Origin: a virus
Virus record (IMG/VR): IMGVR_UViG_3300007775_000157
Location: 13,510-77,509 of that record
Strand: one strand, 5' to 3'
Length of the DNA: 64,000 nucleotides
Position numbers and translations under genes: made by a program. The notes below the pieces were generated by a model, which was not told where the DNA came from, ran no database searches, and was given only the letters and a program-made list of their open reading frames with translations. Below, one piece after another: positions 37,646 through 47,424 of this stretch (its first letter is position 1; every line of letters starts with the position of its first letter).

Positions 37646-37963
37646 ATGTGGTCAAAAACGATGGGACTAGATGGTAATATGTATGATTCGTCTTCAGAGG
37701 CGAATGTTGCTGATTGGTTGTATTTAAACGATATAGAATATGTACCACATAAAAAACTCCCTAAGCCAAGCCGAGGCATATGTGATTTTTATCTGCCAGA
37801 CTGTAAATTATGGATAGAATATGACGGTTTGATGGAAGTAAGGAAAGATGATAAACTGTTAAAAAAACAACAGTTTTATGAAGATCACAATATGAATTTT
37901 CTTATTATCACAAGAGACAACTGGCAAAGAGATTTGCTGGAACAAATAGAATTAGGGGCATAA
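37646..37963 (+). CDS. Small PD-(D/E)xK-type endonuclease-like protein
   Basis: S..E..VADWL...DFYLP...IEYDG. Confidence 0.7.
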   Translation: MWSKTMGLDGNMYDSSSEANVADWLYLNDIEYVPHKKLPKPSRGICDFYLPDCKLWIEYDGLMEVRKDDKLLKKQQFYEDHNMNFLIITRDNWQRDLLEQIELGA

Positions 37964-37964
37964 G

Positions 37965-38360
37965 ATGGGCATAACTAAAAAATCTAATGCAATCTATGGC
38001 GTTATATTCACGATAATTGGTATTATTGGTGGGGCGACAGGTACAGCTTTTAGTATTGGCGCAGACAAACAAAGAATAAATGATCAATTAAATAACAATA
38101 CTCGTGCAGTCTCTCTCGTAGAAGGGAAACTACAAGACTATAAAACTAAAATAGAGAAAGAGACAAAAGAACAAAGACAAAATTTACAAGACGAACTAGA
38201 TCGGCTGGTGAAAGTTATGTCCTCTCAAGTATCTTCTATACAAAACAGTTTAGTAGACATAAACGGCAATGTTTCTAATCTGAGAACGGACGTAAAAGTA
38301 ATTCAAGCCATAGTAGAAAGACTAGAAAAACAATTGAAATCGTCTAGAACGTCAAATTAG
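37965..38360 (+). CDS. Membrane-anchored coiled-coil protein (possible lysis accessory)
   Basis: N-terminal transmembrane helix followed by a heptad region. Confidence 0.55.
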   Translation: MGITKKSNAIYGVIFTIIGIIGGATGTAFSIGADKQRINDQLNNNTRAVSLVEGKLQDYKTKIEKETKEQRQNLQDELDRLVKVMSSQVSSIQNSLVDINGNVSNLRTDVKVIQAIVERLEKQLKSSRTSN

Positions 38361-38833
38361 TTCCAGTTGTAGCAAACAACTACAGCCCTTTCCAAGATGG
38401 TTTTTAAAATACAGGATTCACCAATAGTAATGTTGTGACTGGCTACGCAGATGTTGGGTTGATCGCTTCTTTTAACGCTTAGATGGATTCTGAGAACACC
38501 CTGGTCATCCTTACCGAAGTAAAGAACTGAATTCCCATTCTGGTTGGAATGAAACAGCCCTTTGTGTTTTCCTTTCTGGCTGTCGAATGGTCCAACCGCT
38601 GGTTTCATACCATTTAATACCGACAGAATTTCTCCAATATCACTATCGCCTAATTTGAAAGAGATTTTTTTGTCCCAATCAAATTTAGCATTTCCGTCTT
38701 CTGTCTTTCCGCATTGCTTAGCCATTTCTAGAAATACACAATCTTTTTTAGAAGATATGCTCCATTGAGATGCACAGCCGTCACAACTTCTACGCGGTTT
38801 ATACATTATGTATGATTTCGGGAAATTACTCAT
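38357..38833 (-). CDS. Whirly-like ssDNA-binding protein
   Basis: SYIMYK..., VFLEMAKQ, FDWDKKISFKLGDSDIGEI, LFH and ITIGESCILK parallel the Whirly motifs. Confidence 0.55.
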   Translation of the reverse strand: MSNFPKSYIMYKPRRSCDGCASQWSISSKKDCVFLEMAKQCGKTEDGNAKFDWDKKISFKLGDSDIGEILSVLNGMKPAVGPFDSQKGKHKGLFHSNQNGNSVLYFGKDDQGVLRIHLSVKRSDQPNICVASHNITIGESCILKTILERAVVVCYNWN

Positions 38834-38835
38834 TA

Positions 38836-39789
38836 TTATGTTCCTTTCTCTGTTTTGGGGGTTGTTGATTCTTCTTTTAATTCTCTCATTCTTTTCGCTG
38901 TCAATAAAGCGTCTTCATATGTAAGAGATTGAAGGTTCACGTCTCCAGTATTTTCATCCATTTTATATTCAATTCCAAGATCATCCAATACATCAGAAAT
39001 GATAAAATTATTCCTCGTAGCCATCATCCTTATCATGGTAATTTGACTTGTATGTATTGAACCACCACTTTGCACATCAGAAGAGTTAGCTACAGTCTTG
39101 CTAATTTCTTCAGCAGACACCACTCTTTTCAAACAAAGTGCATTTCTGAACATACGACCCTTAGCCCTTGTGTCTGCCATAGCAACTAGATAAGTTGCAT
39201 AATCTTCTATGCAATTTTCTGGATGAGCATCTGCTAGCGCCTCGAATCTTTTGGTAATCCCGGTATTTCTGTTCATAAAAATACCCCAGGCCTTGACAGC
39301 AGCCCTAAAACCATTCTCTGAAGTTGGCGAACACACAAGATCACAACCTTCTTCAATCATTTCTCCAAGAATTAATCCCGCTATACGTCTCAACCCTTCT
39401 ACTCTTGGATTTTGACCATCGACTTCGTCATCCATAAATTGTCCAAGAACATATTGAGTCCATTCAGGATCGCAAGGGTCAGGTGGTGATTTCGGCAAAT
39501 CATCGCCTGCCGTCTCTATCTCTACTGTCTCTTGTTGTGAACTTATTTTTTCTGGCATGTTTATTTCAACTCCAAGGTCATCTTCGTCATCTATTTCTTC
39601 TACGTTGCCCAAAATCGATATTATTTTTTCATTCTCTAGACATAGCTTAAGTTGCTTCAATAATTCTGGTCTCTTAAAAAGTTTCCCGTTCTCATCGGAA
39701 AGCTGTTCTTTTGTATACCCCTTGCTTATAAGAACTTTGTATAATTGTTTTTTGTCCATCCTGGTCGGCGGCACATTTATATCTGACAT
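38836..39789 (-). CDS. Putative ssDNA-annealing protein (Rad52/Sak-like fold)
   Basis: GLRRIA...FEALADA...VAMADTRAKGRMFRNAL. Confidence 0.5.
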   Translation of the reverse strand: MSDINVPPTRMDKKQLYKVLISKGYTKEQLSDENGKLFKRPELLKQLKLCLENEKIISILGNVEEIDDEDDLGVEINMPEKISSQQETVEIETAGDDLPKSPPDPCDPEWTQYVLGQFMDDEVDGQNPRVEGLRRIAGLILGEMIEEGCDLVCSPTSENGFRAAVKAWGIFMNRNTGITKRFEALADAHPENCIEDYATYLVAMADTRAKGRMFRNALCLKRVVSAEEISKTVANSSDVQSGGSIHTSQITMIRMMATRNNFIISDVLDDLGIEYKMDENTGDVNLQSLTYEDALLTAKRMRELKEESTTPKTEKGT

Positions 39790-40370
39790 TTTTTCATCTC
39801 CAACAATATGAATTTAACAAAATTTTCTATATGAAAATCTGGAATAATTATTTCGCATGTTTTTATTCCAAATTCTGATTCTACTAATTTCTTATGATCT
39901 TCATGTCTAACTACAACAGAAATTCTTGGATCAATAAAAGTCTGTTCTATTTCTGTGATACTTGTGTTTGTATTGTATAAAAATTCTGGATCAAATGCAT
40001 AATAATAAATTCTTGATGCATTACTAGACAAAGCCAGTTTTGTTGTCGTTATATCTGTTGATATCAATGGATAATTGTTCCATCTAATTAGTGACGATAT
40101 ATTGAATACTGGACACAGAGGTTGTACGCACGGTGGTATCATGTGTTGAGAAAAAATTGAAATATCTACTCCAGAATATGATCTGCACAAATTGTTTATA
40201 TTCACTATACCTGTGTAGTTTAAATGAGAAATACCTAAGTGATTGAAAATAATCCCTATAGTAGTCAAGTCGTCAGATAAATCAAGACCTATATTCGCCA
40301 TTTCTTCTGACGCTATCGCTTTTCTTTTAAGGGATTCTAATCTACCTTTGTTTTTTTGTTTTTTAGCCAT
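39777..40370 (-). CDS. Hypothetical protein, possibly a glycosyltransferase-derived domain
   Basis: End of the glycosyltransferase operon; weak GT-B N-domain-like pattern. Confidence 0.45.
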   Translation of the reverse strand: MAKKQKNKGRLESLKRKAIASEEMANIGLDLSDDLTTIGIIFNHLGISHLNYTGIVNINNLCRSYSGVDISIFSQHMIPPCVQPLCPVFNISSLIRWNNYPLISTDITTTKLALSSNASRIYYYAFDPEFLYNTNTSITEIEQTFIDPRISVVVRHEDHKKLVESEFGIKTCEIIIPDFHIENFVKFILLEMKKCQI

Positions 40371-41130
40371 TGTTATTCCTATTTTGCTCTATTATTGATC
40401 TTCGAATAAGATTTTCTTGAGCTTGAATAAATTCTTTTTCGGAATCATCTAGGTCTACAACGAGATTATTGTGTAGTGGTTCTGGTATATGATATATCAA
40501 CCCTACATTAGATATTCGCAATAACAAATCATACGCCTCACTTTTCTGTATGTTGTCGTTAAATGCGCTCCGAAGTTTTATTAAGGCTTCTATTCTTATC
40601 ATAAAATTTAAATCATATGTAAATTCAGACAAGAGTCTCTGGGCGTCGAATGAACTCAGAAACAATCTTGTTTTCAAACCATTTCGTCCGTGTTGTATAT
40701 AATCATTTACTACACATGCGACATAAGAATGTTTATTGAAGATATCTAGAGACCTTTGAATTTTATTTTCTTCGTACCAACTTGTTGGGTCCAAAAACCC
40801 AAAGATGTTTGTAGGCCTATTATTCATCCTCATTGCAACATTCATAGTGTTGGCAATAGTGTTCTTTCTTTGGCGAAAGATAGTTACCGGGACACCATGT
40901 AATGTTCCGTCAAATTTTGGTGGTAATCCAGTTTGCCCGTCTATTGTAACACTTTCTGCCCCCAATAATTCGCACAGCTTATCATACGTTCCATCCGTAC
41001 TATCGTTGTCTCCAATGATCACCTTATTTGCCGGACGATTACCGGATATTACGGATAGAATAGCTCTTTCTATGGTATCTGCGTTATTCTGTGTCGCAGT
41101 TATAACGGTTACTATTTTGTCGTCTTGCAT
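40363..41130 (-). CDS. Glycosyltransferase family 2-like
   Basis: VTVIT...TIERAILSV...IIGDNDSTDGT and YDLLLRIS...YHIPEPL. Confidence 0.8.
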   Translation of the reverse strand: MQDDKIVTVITATQNNADTIERAILSVISGNRPANKVIIGDNDSTDGTYDKLCELLGAESVTIDGQTGLPPKFDGTLHGVPVTIFRQRKNTIANTMNVAMRMNNRPTNIFGFLDPTSWYEENKIQRSLDIFNKHSYVACVVNDYIQHGRNGLKTRLFLSSFDAQRLLSEFTYDLNFMIRIEALIKLRSAFNDNIQKSEAYDLLLRISNVGLIYHIPEPLHNNLVVDLDDSEKEFIQAQENLIRRSIIEQNRNNNG

Positions 41131-41891
41131 CGTGATATACATGATCCTTCGCAAAGCCAAGAAAGCTTTATATGAGTCGTTTTACTTTCTTCTTCAAGCA
41201 CATTTGTGAACGTATCTGAGACCTTATTTGCCATTAATGTCCTGTATGGCACTGTGATAAATAAACCAGAATGTATGAAGTTTTCATGAAGAAATGTCTG
41301 ATGCGTCATATATGGAACAGACCAATGAATTACTCTGGCAGGTATTTGCTGCACTCTGACAGCCAGTTCATCGATGTTACGAACAATGCTACCGGCCCTA
41401 ATCACAAAGAAAAATGGAGATTTGACCATCTTGACAATTCTTCTTATAGTCTGTTCTGTCTGCAAAGGAGGTTCATGATCTACACTACTATTTGCAACAA
41501 TTTCAATTGGTGTTTGTTTGTTATTCTGGAGATATTGCATGGCTAGATTTTTTCTATCTCCAAACCCGGTGGTATCTGCTATAATAACTTTTTTTGCATA
41601 ATTCTTATACCAAGACGAATTACCAATTGTAGTTTCAAGGTCTTTTATGGTATCTCTGTGTTCGTCAAATATAACAATTAGATCGAACACCAATTTATTA
41701 TCAGCTATTATTGCTTGTATCATTGCTTCAGTCTCTGTTAGGCCTTTATCTTTAGCCCAAGAAATACTTCGGCAGCATCGACAATATCCTGGAGCGACCA
41801 TCTTGCCATTCAGGTCAATGTTAAATTGACCTATCGCACACTGCTTGTTAGCCTTGAGAAAACAACAACCTTCACATCCTGTGGTTAACAT
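41112..41891 (-). CDS. Hypothetical protein with Cys-rich N-terminus and degenerate GT-A-like region
   Basis: Located in the glycosyltransferase operon; similarity is weak. Confidence 0.45.
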   Translation of the reverse strand: MLTTGCEGCCFLKANKQCAIGQFNIDLNGKMVAPGYCRCCRSISWAKDKGLTETEAMIQAIIADNKLVFDLIVIFDEHRDTIKDLETTIGNSSWYKNYAKKVIIADTTGFGDRKNLAMQYLQNNKQTPIEIVANSSVDHEPPLQTEQTIRRIVKMVKSPFFFVIRAGSIVRNIDELAVRVQQIPARVIHWSVPYMTHQTFLHENFIHSGLFITVPYRTLMANKVSDTFTNVLEEESKTTHIKLSWLCEGSCISRCKTTK

Positions 41892-42358
41892 TTGACACCC
41901 TCTACGTAAATAGCTATACCCTCATACCTTTTTAAAGTCAATTTTATCCTAAATTTTTCTAATAAATTAATAAGGGTTCCGGCATCTATCATAGAAACTC
42001 TTACATCGTTGTTTTTCCTGAAACCAAAAACGATATTAGAATATTCTTCCAAACTAATTTGTCCTTGATAAAAGGATTTCGCTGTCAAAAGACAGTCTGG
42101 AACGAGAATTTTTATTACTCCACCAATAGCAAGTTTTTCTATCCAGTTTTCAATAGTAGAAGACAAACGATCAGACTGAATATACTGTAGACAATCGATA
42201 GCGATTATTTGTTCTACAGAAGAACTTTTAGTTAACCAATCTATGTTAGTAATATCCCCTTGTCTATAAATAGAATCGGGAAAATCGCCTGGCGGCATTT
42301 TATCGATATTAACACAATCTGTCCTGATATCTTGTCCACAACCTAGGTTTACTTTCAT
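41885..42358 (-). CDS. Class I SAM-dependent methyltransferase-like protein
   Basis: KVNLGCG, NID, GDI and L..GG.IKILVPD. Confidence 0.75.
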   Translation of the reverse strand: MKVNLGCGQDIRTDCVNIDKMPPGDFPDSIYRQGDITNIDWLTKSSSVEQIIAIDCLQYIQSDRLSSTIENWIEKLAIGGVIKILVPDCLLTAKSFYQGQISLEEYSNIVFGFRKNNDVRVSMIDAGTLINLLEKFRIKLTLKRYEGIAIYVEGVKC

Positions 42359-42371
42359 CTTACTTCCTTTT

Positions 42372-43391
42372 CTAATCTAAGCATCCAACAGGACATTCTG
42401 CGACTTTCCAAAATGCCTTATTCCATGCATCAATAAATTGTTGTTGTCCAAACATATCTATTACAGTCTGCCTTCCAGCAGCCCCTATTTCTGCTGCCAT
42501 GTCTTGGTCATCTATTAAATTCTTTAACGCCTTTTTCATTTGTACTGGATCATTAGTTATAAAACCATTTTTTCCATTCTCAATAAATTCGGGGAGAGAA
42601 GTTGTGGCGGTCGTAACAACCGGACAGCCAACGGACATTGCTTCTAGTATCGCGAATGGGCAAGACGACCAAAGTGTGGTATTGAGGAATACAGAGGCGT
42701 GTCTATATAGTTCTCTAAGATGGTCTGTGTTGTCAGCCATTACAGAAAATCCCGGACTATCGCCCCATGGATTAACTTCTAGGCCATCGGTTACTTCTTT
42801 CCATATTGAAAAACCACAAATCCTATCTCTTGTCAAATAATTCCAGACGGCAGTCATAACCTTGCCGTCTCCACCAACCCATCCATTCCAATAATCTGTG
42901 TCCATACCGTGTCTAATTATTTGTACATTCTTGTCTTCTGGGTCTCTAAACCAGGCGAAGGCAGAAAAATCTGCCACGAATATATCGTGATTGGTCTTGA
43001 GGTTTCCTATTTGTTCTATCGTTTGATCTGTCCAGTCTGGCCATGGTAATGTGTGTTCCATTTGCAATAAAGGTGCATTGATTTGTTTAGCTATTTGGCT
43101 CATGATTGGATAATGATCTATTCTGTTTTGGGTTAACACTAGATCAAAAGCAATATCTATTTTGAGTTGTCGAGACAAATCCCCATTTCCGAGAGGGATT
43201 ATATTGGCTGGCATGGCTCTTTCTCTCTGGTCCCATTGATGAAACTTAGGATGATTCAACATATAAAAATTGTGGCCAGTCTTTGCCAAAGTCGCTTGAT
43301 ATGCTTCGTGATTTAGGGCAAACAAAATATTGAGAGGTTTGCTTTTATCTCTGTTTACGCTTCGTAAGGCGGTAGAAATTGGTGTAACCAT
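42372..43391 (-). CDS. Glycosyltransferase family 4 (GT-B)
   Basis: IRHGMD, PFAILEAMSVGCPVV and IENGKNGF. Confidence 0.88.
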   Translation of the reverse strand: MVTPISTALRSVNRDKSKPLNILFALNHEAYQATLAKTGHNFYMLNHPKFHQWDQRERAMPANIIPLGNGDLSRQLKIDIAFDLVLTQNRIDHYPIMSQIAKQINAPLLQMEHTLPWPDWTDQTIEQIGNLKTNHDIFVADFSAFAWFRDPEDKNVQIIRHGMDTDYWNGWVGGDGKVMTAVWNYLTRDRICGFSIWKEVTDGLEVNPWGDSPGFSVMADNTDHLRELYRHASVFLNTTLWSSCPFAILEAMSVGCPVVTTATTSLPEFIENGKNGFITNDPVQMKKALKNLIDDQDMAAEIGAAGRQTVIDMFGQQQFIDAWNKAFWKVAECPVGCLD

Positions 43392-44581
43392 TAGTTTTCG
43401 CTCTCCAAGTTTTTCTTAGCTATCATGCCTATCTTTTCATAAGAGAATTCTTTTGCCCTTTGTTTTGCCAAGTTACCACGACGTTGTAGTTTGCCGCTTG
43501 CCCATTCTTCGTAAGCTTCTTGCATATGAGACACTAGAGTGCCTATATTGGGCTCGTACCACATTTCTTGTCCAGTATATAGGTCTGGAAACGTGTCCAC
43601 TTGACCGAAACATGGAGTTAACTGACCATTTATTAACCATCCAATTTTTGTATCACGCGGATATCCATGGAACAACTGAATATCTTCTTGCCAATAATCT
43701 TCGGCGTCTTTCAGCATCAATTCTGGATAAGCACCCCAAGCACTAAGTATCGCTGGATTTCCAAACCCCATGGCGTCGTGAGCCGGTATTCCCCATGCTT
43801 CACCATGACTAGCCGAAACAAAAACATCTCCAGTTCTGTGTAGCTCACATATTTGTTGTTCCGATACTGGATTTGTAATACAAATAACCGGAGGGTAATA
43901 ATTATGCCTCATATATATATGCATGGATTTTTTTATATCATCTATCGTTGATTTAAGGATATTTGTTGCTTCTTCGGAAGTTTTGCCAGGGAGATTTGTT
44001 TTAATAACTAAGACAACATCATCCCGAACACTAAAAGCGCTGTAAAAAGCTCTTATAATTGCTATAATATTTTTACGTCTAGTCATTTCTCCTATTGTAT
44101 AAAAAACACATTTACCATCGGTGCGTGGAATCTTTAATGATTCATATTCTTTGTCAAATCTTTCTGTATCGCATGAACATGGCAATATTTTAACAGGCAA
44201 AGACACACCACTTTTTTTAACGGCAGCAACATTCTGTATCGAAGGTACCCAAATTTCATCTAACATATTACAGCAATGAGACCAATTTGATCGCAAGAAA
44301 TTTGTAGTCTCCCAGTCAAATAATCCTATATTTTTGACGCCACCCTTAAATTCAAATTGATGTGGTAAAACGTGTTGAATAACCACATCAACGTCATCGG
44401 TAGACTTGTCTTCTAGGTGTTTGACCTTTTTTGCCATAGTAGAATTGATGTTTTGAGAAAGTCTAATTGATCTTGCAACGACATTTATCCCGACTCGGTC
44501 CATGGCTAACATATTGTTTACAGCTTGATTGCCGTAGCCAGTACCATCTTTAAATACTCCAAGATAACAAACTTTCATCAA
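43391..44581 (-). CDS. Glycosyltransferase family 4 (GT-B)
   Basis: TGYG, RKNI and DVFVSASHGEAWGIPAHDAMGFG. Confidence 0.88.
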   Translation of the reverse strand: MMKVCYLGVFKDGTGYGNQAVNNMLAMDRVGINVVARSIRLSQNINSTMAKKVKHLEDKSTDDVDVVIQHVLPHQFEFKGGVKNIGLFDWETTNFLRSNWSHCCNMLDEIWVPSIQNVAAVKKSGVSLPVKILPCSCDTERFDKEYESLKIPRTDGKCVFYTIGEMTRRKNIIAIIRAFYSAFSVRDDVVLVIKTNLPGKTSEEATNILKSTIDDIKKSMHIYMRHNYYPPVICITNPVSEQQICELHRTGDVFVSASHGEAWGIPAHDAMGFGNPAILSAWGAYPELMLKDAEDYWQEDIQLFHGYPRDTKIGWLINGQLTPCFGQVDTFPDLYTGQEMWYEPNIGTLVSHMQEAYEEWASGKLQRRGNLAKQRAKEFSYEKIGMIAKKNLESEN

Positions 44582-44593
44582 ATAAGAACCTTT

Positions 44594-46294
44594 CTAGAAA
44601 ATATTTACGCTAACAGAATTAGATTTTGATTCTTGTAATCCATGGATTCTTTGCATTTCCAAATTATTAGATTCTTTAACCATACCCATAAAATGTTCTA
44701 TCATCATCCTTCTGTCGAACGGGACTGTTTTGTCGCCTATCGTCCTAGAACCGCTATTAAGGGCTTTTAGCCAATCTGCCGCAAAATATGTATTTATCAT
44801 ATCTGGTCTTTTCCATATCTTGCCTATAACCCAATTAACGAATTCGCTATTATTCATATTATTGCTTGGTGCAGTTAGGTCGGGTTCGTTAATGTCCACA
44901 TCTGGTTTGAGCCAAGTATTGTTCTGATCATATATTTCTGTTTCCTTGATTACTTGTATCCAGATCGCAGCAGTTCTTTCCCAACTTCTTCGTCTCATTT
45001 TTGCAGTTTGGCCATATGTTTCAACAAGTTCTTCTACATACTGTCTGGTTTGTAGGTTTTTTTCATTTCTTCTGGATTCATTCTGTTTAAGAAACTTATT
45101 TAATTTTTGAATAAAATCTCTATTATCTGGTAATGCTCTTTTCTGTTCTGTTTCTATTATCGCTTCCCAGAAGAATCTTTCTACTTCGACAGGAATAGCG
45201 GTAGGACACTGTAGATGATCTTCCATGGCCGAATAGTTGACAGCCATAGTTGGGACTCCACAAGCCTGTGCTTCTGTTAGAGGCATACCCCAACCCTCGC
45301 ATATTGAATACTGAACATACAAATCAAAAGATTTCATAATGTCGGCTAAAACATTCCTCGGACACGAATGATTTGCATTGGGTGGATGCGCAGACAATTT
45401 TCCGCATTTACGACAAACAGCCAGTTCTCCAGTAAAAAATGAAGGATATGCGGTTTGACAATTTGTACATAAATATGTCATAATTACCTTATTTCCTACC
45501 TTAAAATCAATAATCGCTTTTCCTATATCGTACCCAACATCTGGATAGCTTGTGTGAAGATACAAAAAAGTTCTTTTAGCTAATTCTGTATGTCCCCTTG
45601 AGTTAGAATGATTAACCCAATTACTGAATGCTTCTATCAGGTCATAATACAATTTACGCTTTTGATTGCGCATAACAGTACCTACAATATTGGAATTAGG
45701 ATCAATACCCATTCTAGCTTTGTGATCCCTTTTGTTTTCTGGTGGCTTAAACATTTCTAGGTCTGCTCCAGGAGAAGCTACCGTAATTAATTTAGTTCCG
45801 GGACGAGCCGTTTTGCGCAATAAATTCATACCATATTCTGAATAAGTCAAAATTTTATCACACTGTTTATATGAATCTAACCACAATTCTCTTTGTGGTT
45901 CTCCATCTATCGTTGGCATCCATATTACCTTAAATTTATCCCTTAATGGAGAACGCAAAACAAATTCGTCCATCCACCAGTCACGAATCATAAGAACAAT
46001 ATCTGGCTTGAAATCCAGGCAGACGTGATTAAATCTCCATTCTCCGAATTGATTTGTTGGTCTAGACATATATTGTTGAATAGATTTTTGGTCGTTACGA
46101 GATGGGGCAACGGGATAAAATTTCCACAAAACTTGCTGACATCTGGGGTCGTCGTCATGAGCATATGATCCGAGTTCCGCTATCTCAAATTCACCAGTTT
46201 CATGAATTCTTTTTATGACTTCATGCCAATAGGTAGAGAATCCAGTAGCAAGAAATGATGCTTCTCCCACGAACAAAATTCGTTTTTTAGCCAC
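44594..46294 (-). CDS. Glycosyltransferase family 4 (GT-B) with Zn-ribbon insertion
   Basis: TGFS, RNQKRK and EGWGMPLTEAQACGVP; CTNC...CRKC insert. Confidence 0.88.
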   Translation of the reverse strand: MAKKRILFVGEASFLATGFSTYWHEVIKRIHETGEFEIAELGSYAHDDDPRCQQVLWKFYPVAPSRNDQKSIQQYMSRPTNQFGEWRFNHVCLDFKPDIVLMIRDWWMDEFVLRSPLRDKFKVIWMPTIDGEPQRELWLDSYKQCDKILTYSEYGMNLLRKTARPGTKLITVASPGADLEMFKPPENKRDHKARMGIDPNSNIVGTVMRNQKRKLYYDLIEAFSNWVNHSNSRGHTELAKRTFLYLHTSYPDVGYDIGKAIIDFKVGNKVIMTYLCTNCQTAYPSFFTGELAVCRKCGKLSAHPPNANHSCPRNVLADIMKSFDLYVQYSICEGWGMPLTEAQACGVPTMAVNYSAMEDHLQCPTAIPVEVERFFWEAIIETEQKRALPDNRDFIQKLNKFLKQNESRRNEKNLQTRQYVEELVETYGQTAKMRRRSWERTAAIWIQVIKETEIYDQNNTWLKPDVDINEPDLTAPSNNMNNSEFVNWVIGKIWKRPDMINTYFAADWLKALNSGSRTIGDKTVPFDRRMMIEHFMGMVKESNNLEMQRIHGLQESKSNSVSVNIF

Positions 46295-46312
46295 AGAATA
46301 ATTCCTCTCCAG

Positions 46313-46909
46313 TTAAACAGACGTCATCCGATATCCTATCTTGTTCATTTTAGTACGTAATCTCTTCAATTTTCTCCACAAAGATTTAGCGGACACTCTT
46401 CCACTTGTCTCAAGATGATATATTTTGCTTAAAATCAATCTCTTGTCTCTTATTCGAAGATGTTTAGAAGATAAAATATCTGATAAAAAATAATACGGTT
46501 GTTGATCAAATGACGGTTCAAAATATAATTGGTCGAACGATTTACATTTAACGATTGTTTTTATTTTAGATAGCTTTGCTTTCGTTATATCTAGAATATC
46601 ACAAATCTCTGTCTCATTCAATCCACTAGCTATCATATTTCTTATTTTATAGAATAAGATTTTATCCTTATACGGCGCAGAAACAGAACTGGTCGATTTG
46701 ATAGCCGCTTCTCTCATAGCACGAGATATCGCGGTTATTGCATATGAATGGAAATTCTTGATAGTGTCTTTGCGACAACTAATTTCGGCTAATTTTAAAT
46801 AGCCTTCTTGTTCTAAATCGTCCTGATCCATAGAGGAATACGAATATAATGCCGCATTTTTTCTAGCTAGGCGTTGTATGATTATTTTTAAGTCATCCTT
46901 GTATTCCAT
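46313..46909 (-). CDS. Sigma-70-like factor (region 2 plus HTH)
   Basis: DQDDLEQEGYLKL...FHSYAITAISRAM and EICDILDIT. Confidence 0.7.
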   Translation of the reverse strand: MEYKDDLKIIIQRLARKNAALYSYSSMDQDDLEQEGYLKLAEISCRKDTIKNFHSYAITAISRAMREAAIKSTSSVSAPYKDKILFYKIRNMIASGLNETEICDILDITKAKLSKIKTIVKCKSFDQLYFEPSFDQQPYYFLSDILSSKHLRIRDKRLILSKIYHLETSGRVSAKSLWRKLKRLRTKMNKIGYRMTSV

Positions 46910-46920
46910 TATTGCCTTTA

Positions 46921-47355
46921 CTAGAACGGGATTTCACTATCCGAATAATCTGATTGCTGTACCGGATCAACACCTTGACCAGCACCAACGGGTGCCGACT
47001 TCTTACCATCACTCTTTTGTGTCTTGCTATACTTAGTACAAACTTGGAAATCCTTAAGATTGATAGAAAACGCAACCTTCTTTTGTCCGCTATCGTCTTC
47101 CCATGAATCTTGCTTCATAAAGCCACAGACGTAAACTGGAGTACCTTTCTTTACAGTCTCTCTCATCTTTTCTGCCTTTTTGCCCCAAACTTGCGCACGC
47201 AAAAAACAGACTTCGTTTTTCCATTCCTTGTTTTTGTCCTGAAAACCACGATTAAATGCTAAGTTAACTGTACAAACCTTGTTGTTACCGGCGATTTCCC
47301 GGAACTCAGCGTCAGCAACTGCAACACCTACTCCAAACACACCCAATTCAGCCAT
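46921..47355 (-). CDS. ssb: Single-stranded DNA-binding protein
   Basis: OB-fold motifs WGKKAE..KG..V.V.G...SWED and acidic tail ending SEIPF. Confidence 0.92.
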   Translation of the reverse strand: MAELGVFGVGVAVADAEFREIAGNNKVCTVNLAFNRGFQDKNKEWKNEVCFLRAQVWGKKAEKMRETVKKGTPVYVCGFMKQDSWEDDSGQKKVAFSINLKDFQVCTKYSKTQKSDGKKSAPVGAGQGVDPVQQSDYSDSEIPF

Positions 47356-47392
47356 TTTTTTTCCTTTCTAAAATATAACCAGTTCTTTTTAC

Positions 47393-47400
47393 ATTATACG
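47393..47400 (-). promoter_or_regulatory. -10-like CGTATAAT upstream of ssb
   Basis: Intergenic position. Confidence 0.55.
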
Positions 47401-47424
47401 TTTAAGTCTCGTATTTGTTTCAAT

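Noticed and set aside
38340-38380. Strand-switch point as an origin or terminator
   Set aside because: The convergent stop codons simply overlap, with no hairpin, iterons or intergenic gap.
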